From Octopus vulgaris (taxonomy: Eukaryota), in contig OX597816.1 of NCBI GenBank assembly GCA_951406725.2, positions 172,608,001 to 172,672,000 on the forward strand: DNA of 64,000 nt, read 5' to 3'. The first letter of the stretch is position 1. Every line of letters starts with the position of its first letter. The position numbers were made by a program, and so were the translations under genes. The notes under the pieces were generated by a model. The model did not search any database and had not been told where the DNA came from. It saw only the letters and a list, made by a program, of their open reading frames with translations. Of the stretch, positions 17,061 through 31,239 are shown in pieces.

Positions 17061-17698
17061 CATATCTAAGCATAGTTATTGATATGTATCTTTATACATG
17101 TATAGAAATACATATATATTTATATATACATATTTATGCATATAAATATGTGTGTGTATATATATATATATATCAATACACACACAAACATACACACACA
17201 CGCACACACACACACACACATATATATATGGGTATACATATAAATACATATACATATATGTGCGTACATATATATCTTTAAATATACATACCAATGCACA
17301 TATATCCATATATGCATTATATATATATACACACATACATACAGCATGTATACAAAGATACGCATGCACACACACATACACACACACGTACACACAGACA
17401 CACACACAGTGATACATACATACATATGAAACCTTAATGGGCCCAAGAAACCTGTTGTCGTCTAATAACCTATAAAAGTTCAACGGTCAAGCTGTCTAAA
17501 ATGACGACTCGGTTCTTCTAACTTGAGAAGTCATCGAGTTCCGCACCCGAGAGAGTGTGAGGTCAATCCCACATGTCGTCAACCAATAGCTTTTGTAGAA
17601 AATATATTTCGTTCATTTGGCTTTCAAGTTTTCGCCCTCCATTTTTGTTATCAACTTTCGTAATGTCTTTTGCCATTCTTCTTTGTCTTATCTACCAT

Positions 17699-17885
<187 letters not shown>

Positions 17886-18168
17886 CTATATAGTGCACGT
17901 TGACTTTTATTGTCTTGTAACAAGCTACATTACCGTCTCGTTCATCATCATTATCATCATCATTATCATTATCATCATCATCATCATCATCTCTTTACAG
18001 TGTTTTTCTTTTATATATATAAAATCTTCATCTGTTGCTTCTCTCCACTTTCTATCTCTGAATTACTCTCCATCTTTGGTTGCCGTGTGTTTTTCTTTTC
18101 TTTCGTCTGTTTGTAATATTTTAATTTCTTTATCGATATCTTTTTCATCATCATCAGCATCATCATCC

Positions 18169-18215
<47 letters not shown>

Positions 18216-18290
18216 GTCGTCGTCGTCGTCGTCATCAACGTCACTTGTATCATCACCCTTACTGTCAACGTCAAAATAATCTGCGAGGTT

Positions 18291-18335
<45 letters not shown>

Positions 18336-18473
18336 ACAGCAGCAGTAGTAGTATGGTGGTGGTGGGCTAGCAGAACTGGTAGTGTGGCTAACAAAATTTT
18401 TATCCAATTTAGTTATTAGTTACGTCAAAGTTCAAATCTTCCTGGGGTTAGCCTTGCCTTTAATCTTTCAGGA

Positions 18474-18640
18474 CATAAGCGAAGCTAGAGTGTGTGCTGC
18501 CCGGAGCGGACCTTCCGTTTTCCGCCCCCAGGCCCCTCAAAAAACACATATTGCCTACAGCAGATCCAAAGGTCCCACTCCTTTACAAGTACCGCCCGGG
18601 GCGGATTGCCCCTACCACCCCTCCCTGTAGCTATGCTAGT
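18474..18640. mobile_element. Possible hAT-type MITE
   Basis: Imperfect termini cataagcgaagctag / gtagctatgctagtg and subterminal gcccgg.gcgga repeats. Confidence 0.35.
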
Positions 18641-18783
18641 GCTTCAGGAGTTGCTAATATATAGAATTAGTAAAAAAACTTGTGTCAATTTAGCCGACTA
18701 GACCTTCTCCTAAATTTTTTTGCTATTGGTCGACTCCTCACTTAATACGGAGTGGCAGTGCTAATCATTGATATGCAAAAATA

Positions 18784-19006
18784 CAAGGTTATTATCAGTT
18801 CGAATATGCTTGGAGTATATTCGAACCCGGAAGGAAGCCCTTCACTGTTTTTGCCATGGATAGTTGTGGACAAATGGTCTAAATACATCAAAATCAGCGC
18901 CTCCTACCAAGTTTAGCGAGAACTTTTCTCGATGACAAAAACCAGTGAACGGTTTTCTTACGGGTTCGAATATATCCCAAACCTATTTGAACAGGTAATA
19001 ACCTTG
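18784..19006. mobile_element. MITE-like fold-back (~75-bp imperfect arms)
   Basis: caaggttattatcagttcgaata...tattcgaacccg versus cgggttcgaata...tatttgaacaggtaataaccttg. Confidence 0.6.
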
Positions 19007-19648
19007 AACGTATAAGGAAGGCAAGTGAGTTTTCAAGTCGACAGTTGCAGAGGTGGATCCAAGTCAGTGAGTGGCGTAGATCTCTTTACCGATGGTCTTC
19101 TTAAAACCTGGTTCGAATCAGATCTCCAGGTGGATTAAAAATAGAGCGAGATTACTAACAGAGTGGCTATTCTTACTCTGAAATAAGCTGAAATCGAAGA
19201 TATCCTTCATAGATCGGTCAGAGGTATCGATAACATGCGTACATACACTGCCTCTCTAAGTAATAACAGCTTGATTATTGTATCTTCCCAAGATTTCATT
19301 TGACCCTGCTTCAGCGTTTGACATTGTGCTTTTTGTGGACGGGATGCGTTTCATTTTTCAGGAAGTCCATCCGGTACCAACAGCCTACGCACAGAGGGAG
19401 CCATATATGTGGCTAATGATGCACAGATATACTCCAAAATGATGGCATCTGCGAAGATACATCATGGACGAAGTCTGGAGTCAAAAATCTGAAATCCCAT
19501 AAATAATTATATGCACATGCTCAAACATGAACAAAACTCGTTTTGCAGTTGTGTGAGTGTGTGTGCGTGCGCGTGCGTGTGTGCGTGTGTGTGTAAATGC
19601 ACACAAACACACACACACACATATATATATATACATATATACATATAT

Positions 19649-19738
<90 letters not shown>

Positions 19739-19876
19739 ATTAGAGATAAAACCACTATTAGGCAAATCAAACAATGAAAAACTTATATATATATATAATC
19801 ATATATACATATATATACTTCGTTTTTGGATTTGGTTTGCAAGATTCTTTATGTGAGTTCGTGTGTTGAAGCATAT

Positions 19877-20728
19877 TCTGTTGTGTCTGGGGAGAGTCAT
19901 TCTCTTTTAGTGCCTTATAATTTAACACATCATCGGTAAAGTTTCCACTCATTTATTTATTTTCCCTAAAAATGTTCGTTGCCTGTCCGTTATCCGAGCT
20001 GCATTCATTTTTCTTTGTACGCATGTGCCAAGGACCTACATGGAGGCAACCTGGGTCAACTTGATATCTACATTTTATCCAAGCACCCAAAAGACCCTAC
20101 ACTCAGACAAATACAGGAGTACGTCCTCAAATGAAACATCCCCAGTACTAAATAGGAAATATATGTAGTAGGTAATTATACCACCATACCCACAGGTAGA
20201 GTAGAATAGTTAGTGGGCTGTTATGTAGATGTATGTATGGGTGTGTATATGTATAGGTATACATATATGCATATGCACATGTATGTAGGTAAATGGATAT
20301 GATGTAAACAGATAGACAGACAGACGGATTGGTACATAGGTAATATGTACCGTCAAGCACGCATGTACACATTCATACTCAATTGAAGACTGAAGCACGT
20401 AACCATATACACACACTTCACTTCACACAAGGTCACATATGGAAACACACACCATACAGACACAGTACATAGTCACAAAACCCATGCACATACACACTCA
20501 CACATGCATACACAAGGAAACAGAGGCACACACACATGCATAAAAACACACAAACACATGAAGATGCAGAATACATACATACAAACGTACACACATACAT
20601 ATATATATTGAAAAGGCTGCAAGACGAAATGAAAATTTTAGGAAAAATAAATAAACGAATGGAAACCTTACCAGTGAGTGTGTTAAATAATAATGCAGTA
20701 AAAGAGAATGACTATCCCCAGACACAAC
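19877..20728. repeat. Inverted pair of ~110-bp repeats (19877-19985 and ~20620-20728)
   Basis: tgtgtctggggagagtcattctctttt... versus ...aaaagagaatgactatccccagacaca; the pair brackets a Penelope endonuclease fragment. Confidence 0.7.
20010..20170 (+). mobile_element. Penelope-like GIY-YIG C-terminal fragment
   Basis: KDLHGGNLGQLDIYILSKHPKDPTLRQIQE / frameshift / SPVLNRKY, homologous to the peptide at 58950-59155. Confidence 0.65.
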
Positions 20729-21901
20729 ACACACACACACACACTCACACATATGTATGTGTGTATGTATGTATGCATATATATACATATACACATACAT
20801 ACATATACATACACATATACATATATATATATATTCATACACATGCATATACATACACATATACATATACATACACACACATGTACATACATATACATAC
20901 ATACACACACATAATTATTATTCAATCCAAGGAAAAAACGATTTCCTTGAAAAGGATGGAAAACATCGAATTTTCATTGGTTCTTCAGTTAAATAAAAAC
21001 AATATAGCAGAGAAAAAATTAGAACTTAAAATGGTATAATTTTCAATATATGAATATTAAAGGAAATAGAGCAATACAATTGGCATATCATAAATTTATT
21101 AACATTATAATATCATATAATTATACTATAGAAAGATATAATATAATATAATATAACAAATAATTCAAACAAATAGATATCCTGCAATTTGTTTCAATTC
21201 ATATCTATAAATGTGAATTTATAAAAAAATTCACATTTATATATATGAATCTTGTCAGGGTAATATTTGTCTAAAAATCAGACAAAAATTTCGTGCAAGA
21301 GCTGCTAAATCGTAAAATGAATTTATAATATATCAATTGTATTTCTCTATTTCCTTTAATATCTGTATATATGTATGTATGTATTTATATATATATATAT
21401 ATATATACACACATTCTAATGCCAAATATGCCGAAAAAAAGACAAAAATTGTCAAAAACCATTATCGAAACAAACCGATAGAAATTTCGTTATTGCCGTA
21501 TTGGTCCCAATTTCGGGGTTAATTCATAAGAATTTTCCATTCTTCAGCGATAAACACGTGAGATATAAGTGAAATACTTACTCATACCCATGGAAGAAGC
21601 AAGCACTGAGTCCTGAGCAGACCTAAGTACCCCAAATATATCCAAAATAGAAAATCTTCGGCACATCTCGAGACACGTGTGATTCGAACTAGAAACTTTC
21701 ACAGAGTGAGAGAATCCGGAAGTGAACACTATTCAATTTATAACTAATATAGGATAAAATTTTTTTCGGGAAAAATTTTTTATCAAAGGCCAGCGTATCA
21801 AAAAATACCTTTAAAGGTTAAATTTATGGCATAAATTTATATACATAAATATATATATTCATGTATATATATACATACATATATATAAATATATATATAC
21901 A

Positions 21902-22016
21902 TTGGTTTTTGTTGTTCTTTTCCTCTAATATATACTCGATAACGCGGTCATCCGTTAGGTTCCAATTTTACCCGCTTATCGGGTATATATTAGAGGAAAA
22001 GAACAACAAAAACCAA
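21902..22016. repeat. Fold-back palindrome (~45-bp arms)
   Basis: ttggtttttgttgttcttttcctctaatatatac versus gtatatattagaggaaaagaacaacaaaaaccaa. Confidence 0.9.
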
Positions 22017-22024
22017 CGGAGGAC

Positions 22025-22900
22025 AAGTCTCTAATGTTTGGGCAGAATGTTTGCGATCTCTCCTCGATGACAGCCGGCAATAATGGTTGCTTGTAGGACA
22101 TGACTTGTCATTGTGGTTACAGTAAATCTTGTACAATTGCATAGTGGTGGTGGGTCGAAATTCCTCGGTGCACCTTTCTTTAGGAAAAATTAATGCGGTG
22201 GTAGTCCTGTGGATTGCAGAGAGTTGAGAAATTCAACTGGATAGTCAACGGTGGCATGTTCATCGATGGTAGTATCAATGGAGACAAGCATTGAAGCATC
22301 AACAGGTAGAATGTGGAGGAATTCATGGATTATTTTAGCAACGCTTTCATTCCGATGTGCTAAAATAGCTCTTTCTGCGAGCCATGCTATGTTTTTGAAG
22401 TTGTCTTACAATGTGGGAAATACCTCTTCTTTAAGCACGGCTACTGTAGCCACCAAGTGCCCACATTACAGTACATGCTGCTGCAGGGTGTTATTCAATG
22501 GTAAGGCACCATTTCCAATTAGTAGAAGTTGATGAGAGAATTCCTCAGCTAAGGGGTAGTTGTAGAGATGAGCTCGCATATTGTTGCTTAATGAAAACTG
22601 ATGAACAAACCTCCACAGAGGTGAAAACTTCAGGCACACATAGATGTCATCAGCTCGCGTACCCTGTGGTATGACTGGTAATACTTGATGGAAATCCCCT
22701 GTGAGGACAACAGTTAAGCCCCCCCCACCTCATAACGGCAGTACTGTTTCTAATATCCCTTAGTGACCTGTCTTGGGCCTCTTGTGCACCACGATGTGCC
22801 ATCGTGCATTCATCCCAGACGATAAGTGTAGTTTAGAGCAGAACTTCCGCCGTCGGTGATCCTTTTTAAATATTACACATTTGGGCATCGCTGAATTGAG
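22025..22900 (-). mobile_element. Helitron PIF1-helicase fragment (pseudogene)
   Basis: LIVWDECTMAH (Walker B), LTVVLTGDFHQVLPVIPQGTRAD, LSNNMRA, QLLLIGNG, RNFDPPPLCNCTRFTVT. Confidence 0.9.
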
Positions 22901-23476
22901 ATTTTCTGAGCATGAATAGATGCAGTTTTCTTTGCGGCCCTTGTCTGTGGATATAAATGAGAATGTCTTCGTTTTGGTGGCATGGCTGAAAAGAGCGAAC
23001 GATTAAGGAACATATAAGATGGAAGGCATAACAATTTGAAGTTGTGTATTGTATTATTTCATTTTTAGTAACGAATGAAAGGATGTGGGAAAATGCAAAT
23101 GTGAATTTGTATACCGTTATTTTGTGAATGATTTGGTTATGTTCTATCTTGACAAGCGTAATGCATTCTGTTGGCTGATAATATAGTGGAGTGGATTACT
23201 GGCGTATTGGAAGTTATGGTTTGTCCAGAAGTAAAATGGAGTGTGTGGGGGGGGGGGGTACAATTTGCATGAAAGTGATTTACGTTCTTAAGAAAGATCA
23301 CAAACTATGTACTGCTTCATGGATTAAAAAGGGGTTTATATGATTTTGGCCAGAAATCTTGTTTTCAAAATTTTAATTTCCCCATTTTCCACCGAAATTT
23401 CCTAATTTTTAACTCTTTTTCGAATTTTGTTTTTAATGCACGCGGAAAAATGCAGAGATTACGAATGTGGGAAATA

Positions 23477-23869
23477 TACTCTTTTACTCTTTTACTTGTT
23501 TCAGTCATTTGACTGCGGCCATGCTGGAGCACCGCCTTTAGTCGAGCAAATCGACCCCTGGACTTATTCTTTGTAAGCCCAGTACTTATTGTATCGGTCT
23601 CTTTTGCCGAACCGCTAAGTGACGGGGATGTAAACACACCAGCATCGGTTGTCAAGCAATGCTAGGGGGACAAACACACACACAAACATATATATATACA
23701 TATATACGACAGGCTTCTTTCAGTTTCAGTCTACCAAATCCACTCACAAGGCATTGGTCGGCCCGGCGCTATAGCAGAAGACAGTTGCCCAAGATGCCAC
23801 GCAGTGGGACTGAACCCGGAACCATGTGGTAGGTTAGCAAGCTACTTACCACACAGCCACTCCTGCGCC
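23477..23869 (-). mobile_element. SINE family A full-length copy
   Basis: Head ggcgcaggagtggctgtgtgg, tail (gagtaaaa)n; matches 58463-58870. Confidence 0.9.
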
Positions 23870-25134
23870 TATAGTTTGTTTTTGAAAATTTAATTTTTCT
23901 GAAAGAAATACCGAATGCCCCTTCCCCCACCTCGGCCACCCATCGGCTACCCGCTTTCGGGCGAAATGCAAATCTCTTGTATGAAAAACATAGGAATGTG
24001 AGTAAATTGAGGAAAGAAATAAGTGTGAGTGGGGAAGGTACGCAAATATCATTTCAGACAGGTAAAGGACAGGGCTTCTGAGATAACTCCCTTGTAAGTT
24101 TAAATGGAAGATCAGGTTTTGAAATACGCTCCTCACGAACAGGAATGACAGAATAGGAAAAGGTAATTTCCATAGGATTTGAGCTCTAATTTAACACACA
24201 GCAAAAAATAACATATTTCATACAGAACTTTAATACTGTGTATGTGTGTGTGTCTGTGTACGTGTGTGTATGTGTGCGTGCGTGCATGTGCCTGTGAGTG
24301 TGTGTGTGTGTGTGTGGCAAAGGAAGTTATTTTTGGATACCTTTCTTAATTCCAAAAGAAGGAAATGTAGTGAAGTTGTAATGTGTTAACAGCAGAAGGT
24401 CTCTGTACATTATAATGAGAAATTGAAAGAGAAAGATAATGCCTAATTCTACACACGCGTGAAACATGGACGAAAGTGAAAATGACCTTAAAATTGTACG
24501 ACCCGATCTCATTTCTGGGGTTGTCGACGTTCCCTTCTCTTTCGCTTTCCCCCTTTCTTTGTGCCGCTTTCTTTCACCTTCACCTATAGAACATACACAC
24601 AGTATCAACTTTCTGTCGGGTTTCTTTCACTTTCAATTATAGAACATACATAGGGTATGAAACATCAGCATTTCACTCTCACCCGCTATCCCTGTCTTTC
24701 ATCTTCACCTATGGAAACTTGTTTTCTGTCTCTATTTCTTTGTCTTGTCTCTCTGTCTTTTTCTTATTCTGTGCTTCACTTGCACATTCCGTAAAAATAA
24801 GATTATGTACGTATATATGAAATGGACGTGTGTGTGTGTGTGCGAGAGAGAGAGAAAAAGTGAGACCTAAAGTGAGTGAGTGAAATTGTGTGTCGTAATG
24901 ATAGATGTCTTTTAACGTGCACTCTCATATAGAAAATGTGACGTCTTCATCATCGTCGTCGTATAAAATGCTTACGATAGTTGAGTTATGGAAAAGATTA
25001 TAATTTTAAATTTTTGTAATGGAAGTATGTCAATGAAAATAAAGTTTAGTTGGTGGCGGAAATAGTACTGAATCTTTTGATCCCCCTTACGTCAAAATCG
25101 GCAACTCGGTTTTGGAATACATAAGGAACATACG

Positions 25135-25179
<45 letters not shown>

Positions 25180-25234
25180 TCTCTTTAATAGTTATATGTG
25201 TGCATATGTGTGTGTATATTCGTGTGTGAGTGTG

Positions 25235-25435
25235 CTTGCCCCCCCACACACACATCACTTGACAGCCAATGCTCGCGTGCTTACGTCCCTGTAACTTAGC
25301 GGTTCGGCATAAGATACCGATAGAATATTACTAGGCTTACAAAGAATAAGTCCTGGGGGCGATTTGCTCGACTAAACGCACTGCTCTAACATGGCCGCAG
25401 TCAAGTGACTGAAACAAGTAGAAGAATAAAAGAAT
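25235..25435 (+). mobile_element. SINE family A 3' half, followed by (GAA)n and (GATA)n
   Basis: acttagcggttcggca...atggccgcagtcaagtgactgaaacaagta. Confidence 0.8.
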
Positions 25436-25528
25436 ATATACGAGAAGAAGAAGAAGAAGAAGAAGAAGAAGAAGAAGAAGAAGAAGAAGAAGAAGAAGAA
25501 GAAGAAGAAGAAGATCAAGAAGAAGAAG

Positions 25529-25607
<79 letters not shown>

Positions 25608-26336
25608 GTAGATAGATAGATAGACAGACAGACAGATAGATAATGTATGTATGTAGCTTCATATGTGTCTTCCGCTGTGTGTGTATGTGCGCCTATGTGT
25701 ATATTGTATTTATTTGTGTGGTTGAGAACATTACTTGTCCAATCGATGTTCGAATGTGGTACACGTGACCATTGATAAACACCATTCAGGTTCCGATAGA
25801 AGTGGCGGTTTTATTGTCAATAAATACACAAAGATGCCTGCTTGCTAACAATAGAACTCCACAAAGTATACCGAGACATAAAGTAGTAAACGAGTGAAAT
25901 GCAAAAAAATGCAGCAAGTAACATATAAACGTATCAACATATCTCCTGTCAACCGATCACAAAACGTACTCCTTCATAATACAAATGCATTCACACACGC
26001 ACGCAGCTCACACTATCTCATTTATACACGTACATACACAGTCAATATTACACCTACACGCCCGTACACCCACATCCCCCATAAACTCACAGACAATATC
26101 TGAGATATAGCTAATTTAAAATCGATGAGCAATTGCTGTGACAATATTAAAAGTTAATCGAATCTCAACAGGTTTCTCATTGCCTATATATTTCTATACA
26201 ACAAAAAATTGCGCCATTTAAGATACACTCGCACACACACACACACACACACGTACACACACACACGTACACACACACACGTACACACACACACGTACAC
26301 ACACACCGCTCACATTCACCCATGTATGCATATATA

Positions 26337-26380
<44 letters not shown>

Positions 26381-26794
26381 TGTGTGTGAGAGCGAAAGAG
26401 AGAGAGAGAGAGAGAGAGAGAAAAAATATAAATGGCGTTTAAAATTTACATCTGACTCAGTACAATTTTATTGATGTGTTCATAGATTACATCGCAACAC
26501 ACACACATACAAGCACATTTTTTTTATTTCTTATTTTATTTTATCTAGTTTCAGCTCACGAGCTGTGGCCATGCTGGGGCACCGTCATTTGGTGTTGCTA
26601 CATGATTTTACTTCACGAATGCCTTATATATATATATAGAATGGTTGTATACTGTCAATCTAACAAGAACGTGACAGTAGGGGGTACACCACCGCTGTAT
26701 AGCCCTAGGAAGCATCGAACGCCTCCTGATGGCTTTGACACATTTTTCCCCTGTGTCCTTATATACATTTACGAAGGGGAGACAAACACCCCCG

Positions 26795-26873
26795 GCTGCC
26801 GGAACTGCATCTAGGGACACGTGTTTCAGGATCGTTGTCCTTCATCGGCCTAGAGTTGCAGACACCGGTCAGC
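26795..26873 (-). ncRNA. Type I hammerhead ribozyme (Penelope pLTR type)
   Basis: Minus strand: UCUAGG-CCGAUGA-AGGA(CAACGA)UCCU-GAAAC(ACGU)GUC-CCUAGA. Stem I 6 bp perfect and extendable (ctgca/tgcag, ccgg/ccgg, gctg/cagc), stem II 4 bp, palindromic ACACGUGU. Confidence 0.8.
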
Positions 26874-26950
26874 TGGTGATATTTGCTTCGACTTCGTATT
26901 TGTATATATCTATACTCAGTGAAGTCTATTCACTGATTATCAAAATATTT

Positions 26951-27103
<153 letters not shown>

Positions 27104-27106
27104 ATA

Positions 27107-27177
<71 letters not shown>

Positions 27178-27616
27178 GTATGTATGTATATGTATATCTA
27201 TCTATCTTTCTATATATATGTGTGTGTGTGTATGTGTGTGTACGCTCACACACACATACACACAAAGTTTTAAGACAATCACGAGATGCAATTCGGATAT
27301 CAGTCAGCGAACTTAACTTCTTTCATTCCGGTATTTTCTTTATATAATTTATTCATACAGTGTATAGTCAGTTACTCGTTCACAGGTATTTCTCATTAGG
27401 AATACTAGTTTCTTTGATTAAAGCTTGCAGTTTATGAACCTAAATGTATAAATGTATGTCTGCTTGTCTCTCTGTTTGTATGTCTGTATCTATGCATGTA
27501 TGTATGTGTGTATGTGTGTATGTGTGTATGTGTAAGTGTGTGTGTGGGGGGCTAGTCAGATATAAGGACAAGCTGAAGAGTAACCTCTCAGCAGTCAATA
27601 TAGCACATAAGGCGTA

Positions 27617-27885
27617 CGAGAAGGCAGAACCATTAGCACCGGCATTTCGTCTGCTGTTACGTTCTGAGTTCGAATTCCGTCGTGGTCGATTTTGCCTTTC
27701 ATCGTTTCAAGGTCGATTAAATTAGTACCAGTTACGCACTGGGGTAGATGTAATCGACTTAGTCCGGTTGTTTGTCCTTTTTTGTCCCTTCTGTGTTTAG
27801 CCCCCGCTATGTTTAGCCCCTCTATGTTTAGCCCCCTCTGTGTTCGGCCCCCTGTGTTTTAGCCCCCCTGTGGGCAATAAAGAAA
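27617..27885 (+). mobile_element. SINE family B copy with tandem-expanded tail
   Basis: Family B body; five ~17-bp units ct(a/g)tgtttagcccc at ~27790-27870. Confidence 0.85.
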
Positions 27886-28225
27886 TATATATATAGCTCA
27901 TAACACCGTTGAGCAAATAGCCTTGAAGCGAACAAAATTGAGACGTCGTGACAAAATAAAAGACTTTAAGGGATCTTGTTCCAACCAACATTAACAGTCT
28001 TAGGGATGCAAGGCAAAGTAGAAAATCGGCTCCAAATATTGCGCCTACATTGACCCGTAGTCTTCATACATGTAGCATCTGCAGGTTTTTTTGCAAATTG
28101 TTGGCGGGACTGAAATATCACAATCCACATATACGTTATGACTGACAAAGAAAATATAGGTTGTCGGATTCTCATACGTCGAAACCGAGGTGAGAGTCCA
28201 TTATTCATATATAATGAAAATGATG

Positions 28226-28293
<68 letters not shown>

Positions 28294-28294
<1 letters not shown>

Positions 28295-28465
28295 TTTCTA
28301 CTGTAGGCACATGGCCTGGAATTTGTGGGGAGGGGACATCGACCCCAGTGCTTCACTGGTACTTAATTTATGGACCCTGAAGGGATGAAAAATAAAGTCA
28401 ACCTCGACGGAACTTGAACTCAGAATGTGAAGAATGCCGCTAAACATCTTCCTAACTCGCCGCCT

Positions 28466-28466
<1 letters not shown>
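28294..28466 (-). mobile_element. SINE family B diverged copy
   Basis: ctggtacttaattta..gaccctgaagggatgaaa...ctcgccgcctt. Confidence 0.7.
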
Positions 28467-28524
<58 letters not shown>

Positions 28525-28825
28525 TCGAATATGGAGTTTAAAAACAGAAAGATTCCTATCATAGTAAGCGCATTAGGTATGATAAAAAACATTCAGACAA
28601 ATACATAACACAATCACAGGGACCTACAAGTATATATAACATACAGAAAATAGCACTATTAGATACCGCATACATCCTACGTAAAACACTTTCAATACAG
28701 TGAAAATAAGAGCACCACAACAAACCACAGCACATACCTGTCGTACATAGAGCTGTGCTCGGTAGTGCAGTGAAAGCACGGAATAAAAACAAGACTACTG
28801 AATGATAATAATAATGATAATAATA
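28525..28825 (+). mobile_element. R4/Dong-like LINE extreme 3' end
   Basis: IPIIVSALGMIKK...IYNIQKIALLDTAYILRKTLSIQ-stop, short UTR, (AAT/GAT)n tail. Confidence 0.75.
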
Positions 28826-28856
<31 letters not shown>

Positions 28857-28859
28857 GTA

Positions 28860-31230
28860 TCATTAATTAGAGGGTGAAGTAGTTAGTAAATTAGAAGAAG
28901 CGATTAGTAAGGGCATCGCAACCGGTGTGTAAGCGGCGAGAACAACCCTTGACCATTTCTTCAAAGCGAAACACGAAGGTTGCGTTGTCAAACACAAACA
29001 AAACCACGATCAGATCTTTTACAGCTCTGGATGTGTGCTTGTTACTCGGCTCCGAGCAGATTTGGGCGGCTTTCCAGCATCACTTCGCGCGGCTGTCTGG
29101 GAAGGGCGATAGGTCGACGACGGTAGCGGACTTTAGTTCGTACCTGGACGGCCTACCACGACTCTCGGCAGCTGACGTGAGGTTATATGAAAAGCCGATA
29201 ACAGCCGCTGAAATTCAGGAGGTGATGAGTGATTGCACAAATTGTAAATCATCCAGTTTGGATGGTTTACCCTATGAATTCTATGTAATCATGCCAAATT
29301 CGTTTGGGGACCTCTTGGCAGACGTCTACCACAACTGGCAACAGAACAGAATTCCTAGTGTTGTTAGCCGGTGTGTTGTGACACTGCTGAGGAAGGACAT
29401 CGACAATGGGGACGTGCAAGGGAATTTTAAGCTCATAACTCTGCTGAAGAGTTTAAGATTTTGGCCAAGGTGTTAGCGAAAATGTTGGCGCTTGTCGTCG
29501 GTAATCTGGCCGGGGAAGCGCAAACGTGACCAATCTCGAACAGGTTTATCTACGACAGCCTCTACCTTATGCGATACATCATAGAGAAGGTTGGAACCAA
29601 AGCTGGCTTCGGTGGGGCTCTGATCAATTTAGAACAATTCAAAGCATTCGATAGGGTCGACCATCGCCACTTGGATGCCGTCTTGAAAGCAGGCGGTTTC
29701 GGACCTGTTTTCAGAGGTTGAATCACAGCAACGCACAGTGGCATCTGCTCAGTTGTCAAAATAAACGGTTACGTATTGGAACGCACGCTCGGTCCATCGG
29801 GGCTGCCTGTTGTCGCCTCTTCTGTACGTATTGGCATTTTAGCCACTGCCGTGGAAGTTAGAACAGTTAAGGGGCATCCCTTTCGAACTGGGAGACGGAA
29901 GGGCAGTGTCGAAGTGCACGGACGACGTCACCATCAAGGTGTCGGGCGCCTCCAAAGTGGAGATGGTCGGCACCATTCTAGAGGAATATGAGGGGATAAA
30001 ATGAACGCCCACAAATCCGTGCGTTGGGCTCCTGAGAGACAGGTCGATGACATCGGACGGCGTTGTCGGATGCTGGACCAGCAGACCAGTTAAACTGCGC
30101 GGGATCTGGTTTGGTACCAACCTCTAAGTAGATAAGAACTGGAATGAGGTGACGAACAGGGTGGCCAGTCTTACCCAGAAATGGGTAGAGAGGTAGCTGT
30201 CCCTGAGATGTCGGGCAGAGGTGGCAAATGCCTAGATCGCTTCAGTTATCATTTATCGTCTGACCGTCGTACCTTGTCCCAGTTATTGCTTGACTAGGCT
30301 GGAGCGTATTTCATTTTTTATGGAAGGACACGTACCAACGTTAGGCGGTCAGTCTACTGCCAACATTCTCTGAACGGTAGATTAGGTATGCCGTGGTTTT
30401 TAATGCGCAGACACGGTCTTAGGTTGCAGAACCTGCAACGATTTCTGGACGGCGAGCGCGTGGGGGCTCCGTAGTTGGGACACGTCTTTCTGCAGTTCGT
30501 CTTCTTGGTGGAGCTGCAGTCCGAGACTTGGCGCCTGACACCTAGAATGTCGTCAGGCGCTCACAGCCCTCTACCAGTCGGGCAACGAGATCGGTAGATG
30601 TTCTGTTTTAGCAAGTTATAGAGAATTAGTGGCGAGGAAGTGCGACGATGTTCTCGGGGACACTCTGGGCGTCGACGGAAATGAAGTAGCCAGTCTGCTC
30701 CGGAGGACTTTCCGGTCAGGAACTATCATGGCTAATTTCTAGATGTCCTTGGCCTGGCAATCTATCAGAGTGGGGGCGCTACAGGTTCGAGATAAACTCT
30801 ACAGGCACGGATGTGCTGTCAGACGGGCTTGTCCGAGGTGCGCGCAGAATGACGAAACCGTTCAGCACGCACTCGTTCAGTGTCCAGGCATTGCTGGGGG
30901 TTATGTCGAAAAGCTGCTATCACGTGTGGGTCGAATCCGTGTATCGGTCGAGTATACAGTGAGGATTGCTCCGCCGACCTCCTTTGCAGGCAAGGCAATT
31001 TTCTTTGATTGATGGCTGTGGTGAAAGAGGTTGTCTGGTGGACGGACGAGGCTGAAAGGTATAAGGACAGATACATTCTTCTTTGGCAGATGTCTCATTG
31101 AATTCTTCAAGTTTCACTTGGAAAGGAAATTGTAGCTGTCCTCGAGTGAGTTTAGTGAAAGGTGGGTAAAAGTTGCAAAAATGGCGAGAGTAGATGGTAC
31201 CTCTCTAAGTGTAGATCTGTGAGTCGCCTT
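28860..31230 (+). mobile_element. L1/Tx1-clade LINE ORF2 fragment (RT plus C-terminal zinc finger), decayed
   Basis: PITAAEI...KSSSLDGLPYEFY, LINLEQFKAFDRVDHRHL, CPRCAQNDETVQHALVQCP; multiple stops and frameshifts. Confidence 0.9.
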
Positions 31231-31239
31231 CTTCGTGTT

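Noticed and set aside
24560-24720. Three spaced cttcacctatagaac-like repeats resembling an array
   Set aside because: Degenerate, irregular spacing, eukaryotic context and no cas genes; not CRISPR.
27890-28200. Possible GIY-YIG remnant (TTGQCRRNIWSRF) and nearby gaaac
   Set aside because: Too degenerate to support; no complete hammerhead fold.
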